A stretch of 64,000 nucleotides of DNA. Source: Candidatus Peribacteraceae bacterium (GTDB lineage Bacteria; Patescibacteriota; Gracilibacteria; Peribacterales; Peribacteraceae). Shown here one piece after another: positions 45,580 to 53,979 of this stretch (its first letter is position 1; every line of letters begins with the position of its first letter). The stretch is taken from positions 1,089,237 through 1,153,236 of the forward strand of contig JBAZVD010000001.1 of the NCBI GenBank assembly GCA_041661065.1, written 5' to 3'. Both the position numbers and the translations under genes were made by a program. The notes under the pieces were generated by a model that did not search any database, was not told where the DNA came from, and worked only from the letters and a program-made list of their open reading frames with translations.

Positions 45580-47314
45580 GGTGAACGATGAGGTCGGGAG
45601 GCGCGGCCACGCGCAGGAGCTCTTCGATGGTGGTCATGCCCGCCTTCACCTTGGAGAAGCCGTCATCGAACATGTACTTCATCCCCTGGTCGCGGGCGAC
45701 ATTGTTGAGGTCGCTGCTGGAGGCGCGCGACACGATGAGCTGCTCCACTTCCTGCGTGATCATGAGGAGCTCGTAGATGCCCACGCGGCCTTTGTAGCCG
45801 GTGCCGTTGCACGTCTCGCATCCCTTCCCCCGGTAGAGCCGCGCCGTTTCGCCCTTGTCGAAATAATCCTGCGCGCCCAGGAACAGCTTGGAGGCTTCCG
45901 CATACGGCAGCGAGTAGCTGAAGCGGCACTGTGGGCAGATGCGGCGCACGAGGCGTTGCCCGATGACCACTTCCAGCGTGGAAGCGAGGAGGAACGGCTC
46001 CACGCCCATGTCCAGGAGACGGGGCACAGCCGTTGCGGCGTCGTTGGCGTGCAGGGTGGAGAAGAGCAAGTGGCCCGTGAGTGCCGCGTTCACCGCGATG
46101 GACGCCGTTTCGCCGTCACGGATTTCACCCACGAGGATGATGTTGGGGTCTTGGCGGACGAGCGCGCGCAACCCGGTGGCGAAGGTGAGGTTGGTATCCG
46201 GGTTCACCTGGATGTGGTTGATGCCCGGCACTTTGTATTCCACCGGATCCTCGATGGTGGAGATGTTCACGTCGGGCTTGTTGCGCATCTTCATCAGCGC
46301 GTACAGCGTGGTGGATTTCCCTGAGCCGGTGGGCCCCGTGGTGAGGATCATCCCGAAAGGCTTGTGCGCGACCTTCTCCAGTATTTCCCGGTACTCGTCG
46401 CTGAAGCCGAGGTCCAGCAGCGTGAGCGTGCGCACGTATTCGGAAAGCAAGCGGCAGACGATCTTCTCGCCGTCCACGATGGGCACGATGGAGACACGGA
46501 TGTCCATGGTGTTGTCGTTCGGCGTGCGGTAGCGGATCGCCCCGTCCTGCGCCGCGTAGTGCTCGTCGATCTGCATGTTGGATTCGATCTTGATGCGGTT
46601 CACCACCCCCTCGTAGTACTCCCGGGGAATGCGCCCCGCCTCGTGCATCACGCCGTCCACGCGGAAGCGCACCATGACGAACTTCTCCTGCGGCTCGAAG
46701 TGGATGTCGGATGCGCGGAGCTCGATGGCGTCGTTGAAGATTTCCGTGATGATCTCCGGGGCCACCTTGCGCTGCTTGGTGATGATCGCCTGGAAGCGGG
46801 TGGCGAGCGGCTTGCGGTAGTGGACGAAGAAGCTCTCAATCGCCCCGCGGGGCGCGTAGAGGAATTGGATCCTCCCCATGAACTTCTGCCGCTTCTGTTT
46901 GGCCGCCAGTTCCGCCCCTCCCGGCTGGTCGGGGAAGATGACGGCCGCCTGCCCCAAGTTCCAACGCACGCCTTCCTCCAGCTTCACGTTGCTGGGATCG
47001 GATGTGGCCACCATGACGCCGTTCTCATCCTGTTTGATCACCACGCAGCTGTAGGCGCGGGCGATCTCTTCGGGGAGCAGCGAGACGACTTCCGGCGTGG
47101 GCTGCACCTGCTGGAGGTCCGCGAACGGGAGCTTGTAGTACTCCGCGAGCGCGCTCTCGTATAAATCCTCGGTGAGGAGCCCCATCTCCACGAGCACCAC
47201 CTTCAATGTGACCGTCCGCTCCTGCGCCTGCTCCAGCGCCTGCTTGAGTTCCTCCTCGCTCACATAGCTTTGCTCCACGAGAATTTTCCCGAGATCGGCG
47301 TCGTTCAGGGGCAT
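45563..47314 (-). CDS. pilB: Type IV pilus assembly ATPase (PilB/GspE/ComGA family)
   Basis: T2SSE_N domain, Walker A GPTGSGKSTT, Asp box, Walker B ILVGEIRD, His box, and tetracysteine CPQC...CETCNGTG. Confidence 0.95.
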   Translation of the reverse strand: MPLNDADLGKILVEQSYVSEEELKQALEQAQERTVTLKVVLVEMGLLTEDLYESALAEYYKLPFADLQQVQPTPEVVSLLPEEIARAYSCVVIKQDENGVMVATSDPSNVKLEEGVRWNLGQAAVIFPDQPGGAELAAKQKRQKFMGRIQFLYAPRGAIESFFVHYRKPLATRFQAIITKQRKVAPEIITEIFNDAIELRASDIHFEPQEKFVMVRFRVDGVMHEAGRIPREYYEGVVNRIKIESNMQIDEHYAAQDGAIRYRTPNDNTMDIRVSIVPIVDGEKIVCRLLSEYVRTLTLLDLGFSDEYREILEKVAHKPFGMILTTGPTGSGKSTTLYALMKMRNKPDVNISTIEDPVEYKVPGINHIQVNPDTNLTFATGLRALVRQDPNIILVGEIRDGETASIAVNAALTGHLLFSTLHANDAATAVPRLLDMGVEPFLLASTLEVVIGQRLVRRICPQCRFSYSLPYAEASKLFLGAQDYFDKGETARLYRGKGCETCNGTGYKGRVGIYELLMITQEVEQLIVSRASSSDLNNVARDQGMKYMFDDGFSKVKAGMTTIEELLRVAAPPDLIVHHGNKE

Positions 47315-47339
47315 GGAAAGGGAACGGGGGAGGAGGGGT

Positions 47340-47720
47340 TCACTCGAGCGCCGCTTTGACGCGCTTCACGATGTTCGCAATGGGCGTGTTGGCTTTGACG
47401 AAGTAATCGATGACGCCGAGCCCCTTGGCCTTCTGCTTGTCCTCGTCGAGGCCCAGGTTGCTGAGCACAAGCACGGGCGTCTTGACCTTCTTCTTGGACA
47501 TCTCCTGGAGAAGCGCAAACCCGTCCACCTCCGGCATGATGATGTCCAGGAGGATGATGGAGTACTTCCCCGTAATGGCTTCCTTCATGCCTTCGGGGCC
47601 GGTGAGACAAACGGTGACGTCGAACCCCTCGCGCTTGAGCTTGAGCTCCAGTGCGTGGGCGAGCGGCCGCTCGTCCTCCACGATGAGGATTTTCTGGGAA
47701 CTTGATGTGCGTGTAGCCAT
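47340..47720 (-). CDS. Single-domain response regulator (CheY-like receiver)
   Basis: KILIVEDE...SIILLDIIMPEVDGFALL...PVLVLSN...K (D-D-T/S-K receiver pattern). No output domain. Confidence 0.9.
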   Translation of the reverse strand: MATRTSSSQKILIVEDERPLAHALELKLKREGFDVTVCLTGPEGMKEAITGKYSIILLDIIMPEVDGFALLQEMSKKKVKTPVLVLSNLGLDEDKQKAKGLGVIDYFVKANTPIANIVKRVKAALE

Positions 47721-47746
47721 AGGGTTTGTGTTGGAACTTTCATCTA

Positions 47747-47755
47747 ATTGTAGCA
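47747..47755 (-). promoter_or_regulatory. Extended -10 box TGCTACAAT upstream of the response regulator / pilus operon
   Basis: The reverse complement of 47747-47755 is TGCTACAAT, ~26 nt upstream of the ATG at 47720. Confidence 0.4.
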
Positions 47756-47854
47756 GAAAACCCGTTTCCGGGCAACCATGCTTTTTCTCCTGATTTCCCC
47801 GCCCGTTTGCCCCTTCTCCGACCCCCTTTGTTGGGGTAGACTCCTTGCGCCTTC

Positions 47855-49477
47855 ATGACGAAGCGCGCCCTCCTTTCCGTGTCGGACAAAGCAGGTCTCG
47901 AAGACCTGGGAAAGGGCTTACAGAAGCTTAAATTCCACATCATTTCCACGGGAGGAACCGCGCGTTTTTTGCGGGAGAAAGGGGTGGAGGTGACGGACGT
48001 TTCCGACGTGACCAAGTTCCCCGAGTGCTTCTCCGGCAGGGTGAAGACCCTGCACCCCCTCATTGCGGGCGGCATACTGTTCGAGCGCAGGAACGAGGAG
48101 CACCGCAGGCAGGCGAAAGAGTTGGGGATAGAGCCGATCGACGTGGTGGTGGTGAACCTGTATCCGTTCGCCCAAACCGTGAACGATCCGAGCAAGACGA
48201 GGGAGGAGGCTGTTGAGCAAATCGACATCGGCGGGCCCACCCTCCTGCGTGAGGCGGCGAAGAACCACAGGGACGTGACGGTCGTGTGCGACCCGGGTGA
48301 TTACGGACGCGTCGTACGGGAGCTGGAAGCGAACGGAGAAACCACCGAACAGCTCCGGCGGGAACTCGCCGCGAAGGTGTTCCTCCACACCGCCGCGTAC
48401 GACGAGAAGATCGCCGAGTACCTTTCGGAAGGGACCTACCGCGGCGTGATGCTCACGGGAGGAACGCCGCTGCGGTACGGGGAGAACCCGCACCAGTGGG
48501 GGAAATATTACACGTTGTTCGATTCCCTCTCCCCCCTACCCCCTCCCCCGGTGGGGGAAGGGGAGCACGCTCGAAGCATTCAAACAACAACAGAACAACA
48601 CACATCCCCTTCCCCCCTTGGGGGAAGGGCTAGGGTAGAGGGATGGGGCATCCTCTTACAGGGGAAACCTCTGAGTTATCTGAACATCCTGGACGCCGAC
48701 GGCGCATGGTCCGCGGTGCATGACTTTTCCGACCCCACCGCCGTCCTCGTGAAGCACGCGACCCCCTCGGGCATCGCATCCCACCCGGACATCACCGAGG
48801 CGTTCCAGCGCGCGTACGACGCCGACCGTCTTTCCGCCTTCGGCGTGATCATCGCGCTCAACAGGACGTGCACGGCCGCCATCATCCAAAAACTGATCGA
48901 CCAGAAGATCTTCACGGAGGTGATCGTGGCGCCGGAGTACGAGCCGCAAGCCCTGGAACTGCTCAAGAAGAAGCCGAACCTGCGCGTGATCAAGCAGCAC
49001 AACGGCGAGCGTATGAAAGGCCGGGTCCTCTACCGCTCCGTGATGGGCGGAATGCTGGTGCAGGAGAGCGATTCGCGCGTGGTGACGGAGAAGGACCTGA
49101 CGACGGTGACCAAGGTGAAGCCGACCGCGGAGCAAGTGCGCGACCTCCTCTTCGCGTGGCGCGCGGTGAAGAGCGCCAAATCGAACGCCATCGTGTTCGC
49201 CAAAGACCAGGTGACGGTCGGCATCGGCTCCGGTCAGACGAGCAGGGTGGATGCGACGTGGATTGCGGCCAAGAGGGCGGGAGAGAATTGTCAGGGCGCG
49301 GTGATGGCCAGCGACGCCTTCTTCCCCTTCCCCGATTCCGTGGAGGAGGCCGCCAAGCACGGCATCGCGGCCATCATCCAACCGGGTGGCTCCGTGCGCG
49401 ACGCCGAAGTGTTCGCCAAAGCGGAGGAGCTGGGAATGGTGATGGTCACCACGGGGATACGGGCATTTCGCCATTAA
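47855..49477 (+). CDS. purH: Bifunctional AICAR transformylase / IMP cyclohydrolase PurH (with ~40-aa repeat-derived insertion)
   Basis: [22 protein letters not shown]...[10 protein letters not shown]...VKTLHP...VVVNLYPF; LRYGENPHQ; [16 protein letters not shown]; [10 protein letters not shown]; the C-terminus ends in ..GIRAFRH. Confidence 0.95.
   Translation: MTKRALLSVSDKAGLEDLGKGLQKLKFHIISTGGTARFLREKGVEVTDVSDVTKFPECFSGRVKTLHPLIAGGILFERRNEEHRRQAKELGIEPIDVVVVNLYPFAQTVNDPSKTREEAVEQIDIGGPTLLREAAKNHRDVTVVCDPGDYGRVVRELEANGETTEQLRRELAAKVFLHTAAYDEKIAEYLSEGTYRGVMLTGGTPLRYGENPHQWGKYYTLFDSLSPLPPPPVGEGEHARSIQTTTEQHTSPSPLGGRARVEGWGILLQGKPLSYLNILDADGAWSAVHDFSDPTAVLVKHATPSGIASHPDITEAFQRAYDADRLSAFGVIIALNRTCTAAIIQKLIDQKIFTEVIVAPEYEPQALELLKKKPNLRVIKQHNGERMKGRVLYRSVMGGMLVQESDSRVVTEKDLTTVTKVKPTAEQVRDLLFAWRAVKSAKSNAIVFAKDQVTVGIGSGQTSRVDATWIAAKRAGENCQGAVMASDAFFPFPDSVEEAAKHGIAAIIQPGGSVRDAEVFAKAEELGMVMVTTGIRAFRH
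48525..48648. repeat. G/C-tract double-hairpin element (CCCCTCCCC family) in frame inside purH
   Basis: CCCTCTCCCCCCTACCC, CCTCCCCCGGTGGGGGAAGGGG, A-rich spacer, CCCCTTCCCCCCTTGGGGGAAGGG, CTAGGGTAGAGGGATGGGG. Translated as ..[41 protein letters not shown].. Confidence 0.9.
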
Positions 49478-49539
49478 CACTGGCGTGGGCTTCCCCGCAC
49501 GCGGAACGCTCCATCGCAGGCAAGAATGCCCGCGCTCCA

Positions 49540-49770
49540 TCACGTAGGGCGCGATGCTTCCATCTGCATTTTGCTCAACTCCCAGTCTTGTTCCCAAGCT
49601 TCCGGATCAGCCTGCTCAAAAGCCTCTATCAGATCGCCCGCTGTGACTTGCCCCGTACGGAAAGCGACCTGCCGACAATAGTTTGCCACTTCCTCTCCAT
49701 GCACATCATGAATATATGTCAATATTTCCTCATTCTCAGGGGACAAATGTTGTTCGTTCTCGATCGCCAT
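49540..49770 (-). CDS. Hypothetical protein (76 aa)
   Basis: ATG at 49770 (MAIENEQHLSPENEEIL...). Acidic small protein. Confidence 0.4.
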   Translation of the reverse strand: MAIENEQHLSPENEEILTYIHDVHGEEVANYCRQVAFRTGQVTAGDLIEAFEQADPEAWEQDWELSKMQMEASRPT

Positions 49771-49804
49771 AGGAACGTGAGGGAAGGACGACCCCAATGT
49801 ATGC

Positions 49805-50344
49805 TCACTCCAAACAGCAATCAATCGCCTTCTTCACGAGCGCTCCCAACTTGCCCATGAAGCCGCCCTTCTCTTCGTCGTGCTTGTTCAGGGCATTGTC
49901 ATCGATCTTCTTCACGTCGCCCGCGGCGATGATCTTCATGTTCAATCCCCAGAAGAGCGAGTAGAGCTCGTACGCCTTGCGGAAGAGGTCGTATGCCTCC
50001 TCCTTCCTCCCCATGGACTGCGCCTTGGTGCCCACTTCCATAAGGCGCATGGATGCCGCGAGCAGGTGCTTGCTGATGCACCACACTTCGCCGTCGTACT
50101 CCTTGATGATCTTCTTGAGCAGGTTCTTGCGCATCTCGCGCACCTCCGTGATGAGGTCGAAGTACTCGGTGTTCCCCGTCTTGCCGCCGCTGAAGAAGAG
50201 GTGCTCCTCGATGGAGACCAAGTTCATGATCGCAATCGAGAGGTCCTGGTCGGAGGAGAGGTCCATCTTCTCCTGCTTCTTCATGTTGTCGATCTTCGCG
50301 ATGAACTCGTTGAGCTTATCCATGGAGACGTCTTGATCCGCCAT
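49805..50344 (-). CDS. Hypothetical protein (179 aa, helical, C-terminal CC)
   Basis: ATG at 50344 (MADQDVSMDKLNEFIAKIDNMKKQ...). The rest of the 440-aa ORF 49805..51127 is spurious because it overlaps the real gene 50377..50907. Confidence 0.6.
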   Translation of the reverse strand: MADQDVSMDKLNEFIAKIDNMKKQEKMDLSSDQDLSIAIMNLVSIEEHLFFSGGKTGNTEYFDLITEVREMRKNLLKKIIKEYDGEVWCISKHLLAASMRLMEVGTKAQSMGRKEEAYDLFRKAYELYSLFWGLNMKIIAAGDVKKIDDNALNKHDEEKGGFMGKLGALVKKAIDCCLE

Positions 50345-50376
50345 ACGGGAGGGGGGAAATGCTTGTCCTGGAAGAG

Positions 50377-50907
50377 TTAGAGAAGGGAGGGGGGAATGAC
50401 GAAGAAGAAAATGAGGGTGGTGATGGCGAGTGCGGCAAGCGGCCACACCACTTTCTGCATGGGGAACCACGCGCGTCCGCCGTTCTTCTTTTTGATGGAA
50501 AGGTACCACAGGTGCGCGGCGAGAAAGACGACGCTCCCCACGAGGGTGCCAAGGAAGAGCCGGTTGACGCCCCACACTTCGTTGAGGGGATTGGTGAGGA
50601 GATCGGTCCAGAAGTAGAGGGGCAAGTAGAGCAGAATCACGTAGTAGAAAAGCGTGGTGAGGATGATTCTTCCCTTGAAGCGGATGTTCTTCTTGTTGAA
50701 CCACGTGATCGTCCAGCCGACGATCGCCACCATCATGCCGCCCACCCACAGCCCACTGATGGTGTCGTCCACCCCAAGCCACCGCGCCAACCCCACTCCC
50801 GCACCCGCGGCGATGGTGCACACGGGGCACATGGCGTGGGCGGAGGACGTGAGCACAAGGTTGAGCAGGAGCCCGAGAGGCGCAAGGCGCGTCATTCTCT
50901 TCAGCAT
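50377..50907 (-). CDS. Membrane protein with signal peptide and CPVC motif
   Basis: MLKRMTRLAPLGLLLNLVLTSSAHAMCPVCTIAAGAG..., followed by 4-5 TM segments. Confidence 0.65.
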   Translation of the reverse strand: MLKRMTRLAPLGLLLNLVLTSSAHAMCPVCTIAAGAGVGLARWLGVDDTISGLWVGGMMVAIVGWTITWFNKKNIRFKGRIILTTLFYYVILLYLPLYFWTDLLTNPLNEVWGVNRLFLGTLVGSVVFLAAHLWYLSIKKKNGGRAWFPMQKVVWPLAALAITTLIFFFVIPPSLL

Positions 50908-50974
50908 AGAGGAAGTGAGGAAAGCCAGGAGAGTATAGAGAGGGAAAGATTATGATGGAAGGCTGAATAGGACC

Positions 50975-51076
50975 GTTTCTCGACCATGTCTCGTTACTCG
51001 TTTTTCGATAGAAGCAAAGAAGTGCCGTCCATGAACGAATCGAAAAACGAGAAAGGGTCGAGAAACGAGAAACGTC
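50975..51076. repeat. Heptamer hairpin (CGAGAAA / TTTCTCG family) overlapping the recR stop
   Basis: Left arm TTTCTCGACCATGTCTCGTTACTCGTTTTTCGAT; right arm ATCGAAAAACGAGAAAGGGTCGAGAAACGAGAAACG. Confidence 0.85.
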
Positions 51077-51671
51077 ATAAGCTCCTCCTCCCGTCGATCG
51101 CCTCGCGGAGGGTGACTTGATCCGCAAAACCGATGTCCGCGCCCATGGGGAGCCCGTGCGCCAGGCGGGTGACCGCGGGGACGTAGGGGGCGAGCTGCGT
51201 ACGGATGTACGTGGCGGTCGCCTCCCCTTCCACGTCGGGGTTCGTGGCCACGATCACTTCTTTGATCTCGCCGCTCCGCGCGCGGTCGACCAGCTCGCGG
51301 AGCTTGAGCTGCTCGGGGCCCATGCCGTCGATGGGCGAGAGCACGCCGTGGAGGACGTGGTACAGGCCGCGGTAGCCGACCTTCTCGAATGCGATGACGT
51401 CGAGGGGATCTTCCACCACCAAGACCTGCGAACGGTCGCGGCCGGACCCGCGGCACACCTCGCACTCCTCCTGCAGCGTGACCATTTGGCACGTGCGGCA
51501 GTACTTGAGTTCCTGCTTGAGATCGAGCAGCGCCTTCCCCAGCGTCTCGGGGTTCGCTTTGCCGCTGCGTAGCAGGTGGAACGTGAGCCGCTCCGCGCTC
51601 TTGGGCCCGATGCCGGGGAGCTTGGAAAATTCCTCGATCGTCCGCTGGATTTGGGGAGGCAAGAGAGCCAT
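51075..51671 (-). CDS. recR: Recombination protein RecR
   Basis: LPGIGPKSAERLTFHLL (HhH), C4 zinc finger CRTC...CEVC, and Toprim LVVEDPLDVIAFEK...GLYHVLHGVLSPIDG. Confidence 0.95.
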   Translation of the reverse strand: MALLPPQIQRTIEEFSKLPGIGPKSAERLTFHLLRSGKANPETLGKALLDLKQELKYCRTCQMVTLQEECEVCRGSGRDRSQVLVVEDPLDVIAFEKVGYRGLYHVLHGVLSPIDGMGPEQLKLRELVDRARSGEIKEVIVATNPDVEGEATATYIRTQLAPYVPAVTRLAHGLPMGADIGFADQVTLREAIDGRRSL

Positions 51672-51674
51672 GTG

Positions 51675-51752
51675 GAAGAATTATGAATCAAGAATCGAGA
51701 ATTAAGAATATGTTTTCTCTCGTAATTCATCATTCTTCATTCTTGATTCTCC
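51675..51752. repeat. Heptamer hairpin (NNNGAAT family) between smpB and recR
   Basis: Left arm GAAGAAT TATGAAT CAAGAAT CGAGAAT TAAGAAT; right arm CGTAATTCATCATTCTTCATTCTTGATTCTCC. Confidence 0.9.
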
Positions 51753-52193
51753 TCAGATTTCCCTCCCCTCCCTCAATCTCCTCCCCGTCTCCCTCTCCTT
51801 GATCCTCTGCCTCTTGTCTATCCTCTTCCTCCCCCGCCCGATCCCCAGGAGAATTTTGATGAACCGCCCCGCCCGCACCTCCAGCGGTATCACCGCCATC
51901 CCTTTCTCCTCGGACGCCACCTCTATCTTGTGCGCCTCGTTCTTGCGGAGGAGGAGCGGACGGTCCCGCAACGGGTCGTACTCCGGGAGCGGCAGCGCGA
52001 ACTTGTACGCCGCGATGCTCGCCTTCTTGAGGACGGGCTTGCCTCCGAGGAAGGAGATGTACGAGCCGGCCAGGCTGATGTTCCCCGCGCGGCAGCTCTT
52101 GGCTTCCTGCCCGGTGAGGACCACTCCGGCCTCCACGGTATCCAGGATCTCGTAGTCAAAGCGCGCCCGGCGGTTTTCCGCGACCACTTTCAT
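51753..52193 (-). CDS. smpB: SsrA-binding protein SmpB
   Basis: MKVVAENRRARFDYEILDTVEAGVVLTGQEAKSCRAGNISLAGSYI...LLLRKNEAHKI... The basic C-terminal tail ends in KRQRIKERE... Confidence 0.92.
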   Translation of the reverse strand: MKVVAENRRARFDYEILDTVEAGVVLTGQEAKSCRAGNISLAGSYISFLGGKPVLKKASIAAYKFALPLPEYDPLRDRPLLLRKNEAHKIEVASEEKGMAVIPLEVRAGRFIKILLGIGRGRKRIDKRQRIKERETGRRLREGREI

Positions 52194-52241
52194 GGGAGGA
52201 TTATGCGTGGGAAAGCGGAGGGAATCTATGGATATTGCATT

Positions 52242-52607
52242 ATGGTGAACGATCTGCTTCAATACGCCCCCTTGGAAAACGACTCTCGACGGACGGCCGA
52301 CCATCCTCTCCCGGAGACAGTCCGGGAAATCCTGGATACCATCGGCACGCTCCCTCCCACATTCCGCGCTACGGCATTGGAAGCCCTCGAACACCATGAT
52401 GTTCCAAGCGCGATGAGAATCGTCGCCACACTACGACTCATCGGGGAAACCCTTCGGAAAGCCGGTTTTTCCACCGATGTGGTCCCCACCCTGCACTCCA
52501 CTCCCAGGGCAGCAGACATGGTGAATTGGCAGGAACAATCGAGAGGACCGAAGCCCACTTTTGGGCTTCCCCATGGGAATATCGGGGGGATATTGACAAA
52601 TATGTGA
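52242..52607 (+). CDS. Hypothetical protein (121 aa)
   Basis: In-frame ATG at 52242 within ORF 51930..52607. The part upstream of it is antisense to smpB. Confidence 0.3.
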   Translation: MVNDLLQYAPLENDSRRTADHPLPETVREILDTIGTLPPTFRATALEALEHHDVPSAMRIVATLRLIGETLRKAGFSTDVVPTLHSTPRAADMVNWQEQSRGPKPTFGLPHGNIGGILTNM

Positions 52608-52738
52608 TTTTGAGAAATAATGATCCGTCGGTTTATTCCATTCTCTCCCTGTATCTCCCTGTTCTTTAGAGACCGAGAATAGAGAGATACAGGGGCGGGA
52701 AACGCAACTGCGTCACGGTTTATTCCGATTTCATTCTT

Positions 52739-52772
52739 GGGGCTCCGCCGATTGGCTGTGGGCCCCTTTTTT
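52739..52772 (+). terminator. Rho-independent terminator
   Basis: GGGGC...(internal loop)...GCCCC followed by TTTTTT (52767-52772). Confidence 0.55.
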
Positions 52773-52792
52773 CTGTCCTCACCCCCCCCACT

Positions 52793-53563
52793 TCAGAGGG
52801 CATACCAATCCAGAATCGTATACCCGAACAGCATCGTAAGGAGCGTCCCCACAAAAAGGAACGGCACGAACACCATCCTGTCCTTCAGGCTCTTGATCTT
52901 GAGCAGCATGAGCGTGACCGCCACCAGGGTCCCGATGATGTAGGAGAGGAAGAGCGCCACCACGAGCAAGCGCCAATCGCGCAGGAGGAACCCCATAGCC
53001 GCCCCCACGATGATGTCCCCGCTCCCCACCCAGAACCCGCGGCTCACCCCCCACTGCACCGCAAAGACGCCCGCGCCGATGAGGGGGGCCGCCAGCTGCA
53101 GCGGCGGAGAGAAGAACGCGTACGCCACGCCCAGCGCCAGGAAGGGGAAGGAGAGGTAATCGGAGACGTAGCCGGTCTGCGCGTCCATCACGGTCACGAG
53201 GAAGAAGGACCACAGCGTGAGAGCGAGGAGTGTGGCGGGGAGGAAGGCGAAGCCTTCCAGGAACAGGGCGAGGACGAAGAGCAAACCCGAGAAGAACTCG
53301 ATGAGGGGATACAGCCAGGGGATGCGCGCCGCGCAGGATCCGCACTGCCCGCGCAGGAATGCGAAACTGAGGAGGGGGATCAATTCCAGCGCTCCCAGCG
53401 TCTTGCCGCACCGCACGCAATGCGAGCGCCCCATGATGCTGCGCCCCTCCGGGATGCGTGTGACGAGCACCGTGCCGAAGCTCCCGAACGCCAGCCCCAA
53501 GATGAAGTACAGCACCGAAGTCGCTAGCGGGAAGACCTGGGGGGAGAGCATTGGGGAGAGCAT
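52793..53563 (-). CDS. pilD: Prepilin peptidase (A24 family, PilD/ComC)
   Basis: The N-terminal Cys pairs HCVRCGKTL...GQCGSCAARI are followed by a polytopic A24 body with VSDYLSFPF and GSGDIIVGAAMG (two catalytic Asp motifs). ATG at 53563; upstream ORF sequence is repeat-derived. Confidence 0.88.
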   Translation of the reverse strand: MLSPMLSPQVFPLATSVLYFILGLAFGSFGTVLVTRIPEGRSIMGRSHCVRCGKTLGALELIPLLSFAFLRGQCGSCAARIPWLYPLIEFFSGLLFVLALFLEGFAFLPATLLALTLWSFFLVTVMDAQTGYVSDYLSFPFLALGVAYAFFSPPLQLAAPLIGAGVFAVQWGVSRGFWVGSGDIIVGAAMGFLLRDWRLLVVALFLSYIIGTLVAVTLMLLKIKSLKDRMVFVPFLFVGTLLTMLFGYTILDWYAL

Positions 53564-53606
53564 AGAGCAGGGGGAGCGCTGAGTGCTAGGGGTGATGGGA
53601 CGGGAA

Positions 53607-53690
53607 GAGTCCGAGGATTCCGAGGATTCCGAAGAAATACATGAAAAGTCCTCGGCATCGTCGGAATCCTCGGCATCCTCTCCACCGGAG
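53607..53690. repeat. Nonamer hairpin (CGAGGATTC / GAATCCTCG family)
   Basis: Left arm GAGTCCGAGGATTCCGAGGATTCCGAAG; right arm GTCCTCGGCATCGTCGGAATCCTCGGCATCCTC. Same family as 19781-19893. Confidence 0.9.
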
Positions 53691-53707
53691 AACCTTCGAT
53701 ACACTCC

Positions 53708-53920
53708 TCACTCCGACATCTCCAATCTCTCCCTTGCTCTCTCCACCACCAGTTCCACGCGGCTTTCCGTGCCGCCGTTCGCCGTGGCGGTGGCGAAGAG
53801 CGACGCCACGCGCGGCCCTCCCCATTCGTAGGCGCCATAGAGAAGGAAGGCGATGAGGGCACCGGCGGCGGCACCGCCGATCTGGCGGACAAGACGGTGC
53901 TGGAGAAGGGCAATGTGCAT
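53708..53920 (-). CDS. Small hypothetical membrane protein (70 aa)
   Basis: ATG ORF with one hydrophobic segment, GGAAAGALIAFLLYGAY. Confidence 0.35.
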   Translation of the reverse strand: MHIALLQHRLVRQIGGAAAGALIAFLLYGAYEWGGPRVASLFATATANGGTESRVELVVERARERLEMSE

Positions 53921-53979
53921 GTTCAGGATAGTATAGCAAACTTGACGTCTTCACGCCACCGGAACGCCTTGGCAGAAGG

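Noticed and set aside
47721-47854. A ZTP (pfl) riboswitch upstream of purH.
   Set aside because: I looked for the conserved GGGTCGTGAC...CCGGGCGGA...CCGCCTGGGCA-type pseudoknot elements and found none. The region is short and pyrimidine-rich.
49805-51127. A 440-aa ORF spanning 49805..51127 on the minus strand.
   Set aside because: Only the C-terminal 179 codons (from the ATG at 50344) look coding. The upstream part overlaps, in another frame, the convincing signal-peptide membrane protein at 50377..50907 and is Arg/Pro/His-rich.
52194-52792. tmRNA (ssrA) next to smpB.
   Set aside because: No tRNA-Ala-like acceptor stem with a GGUUCGA-type T-arm and CCA end is present. No plausible tag ORF ending in a hydrophobic tail plus stop could be found on either strand.
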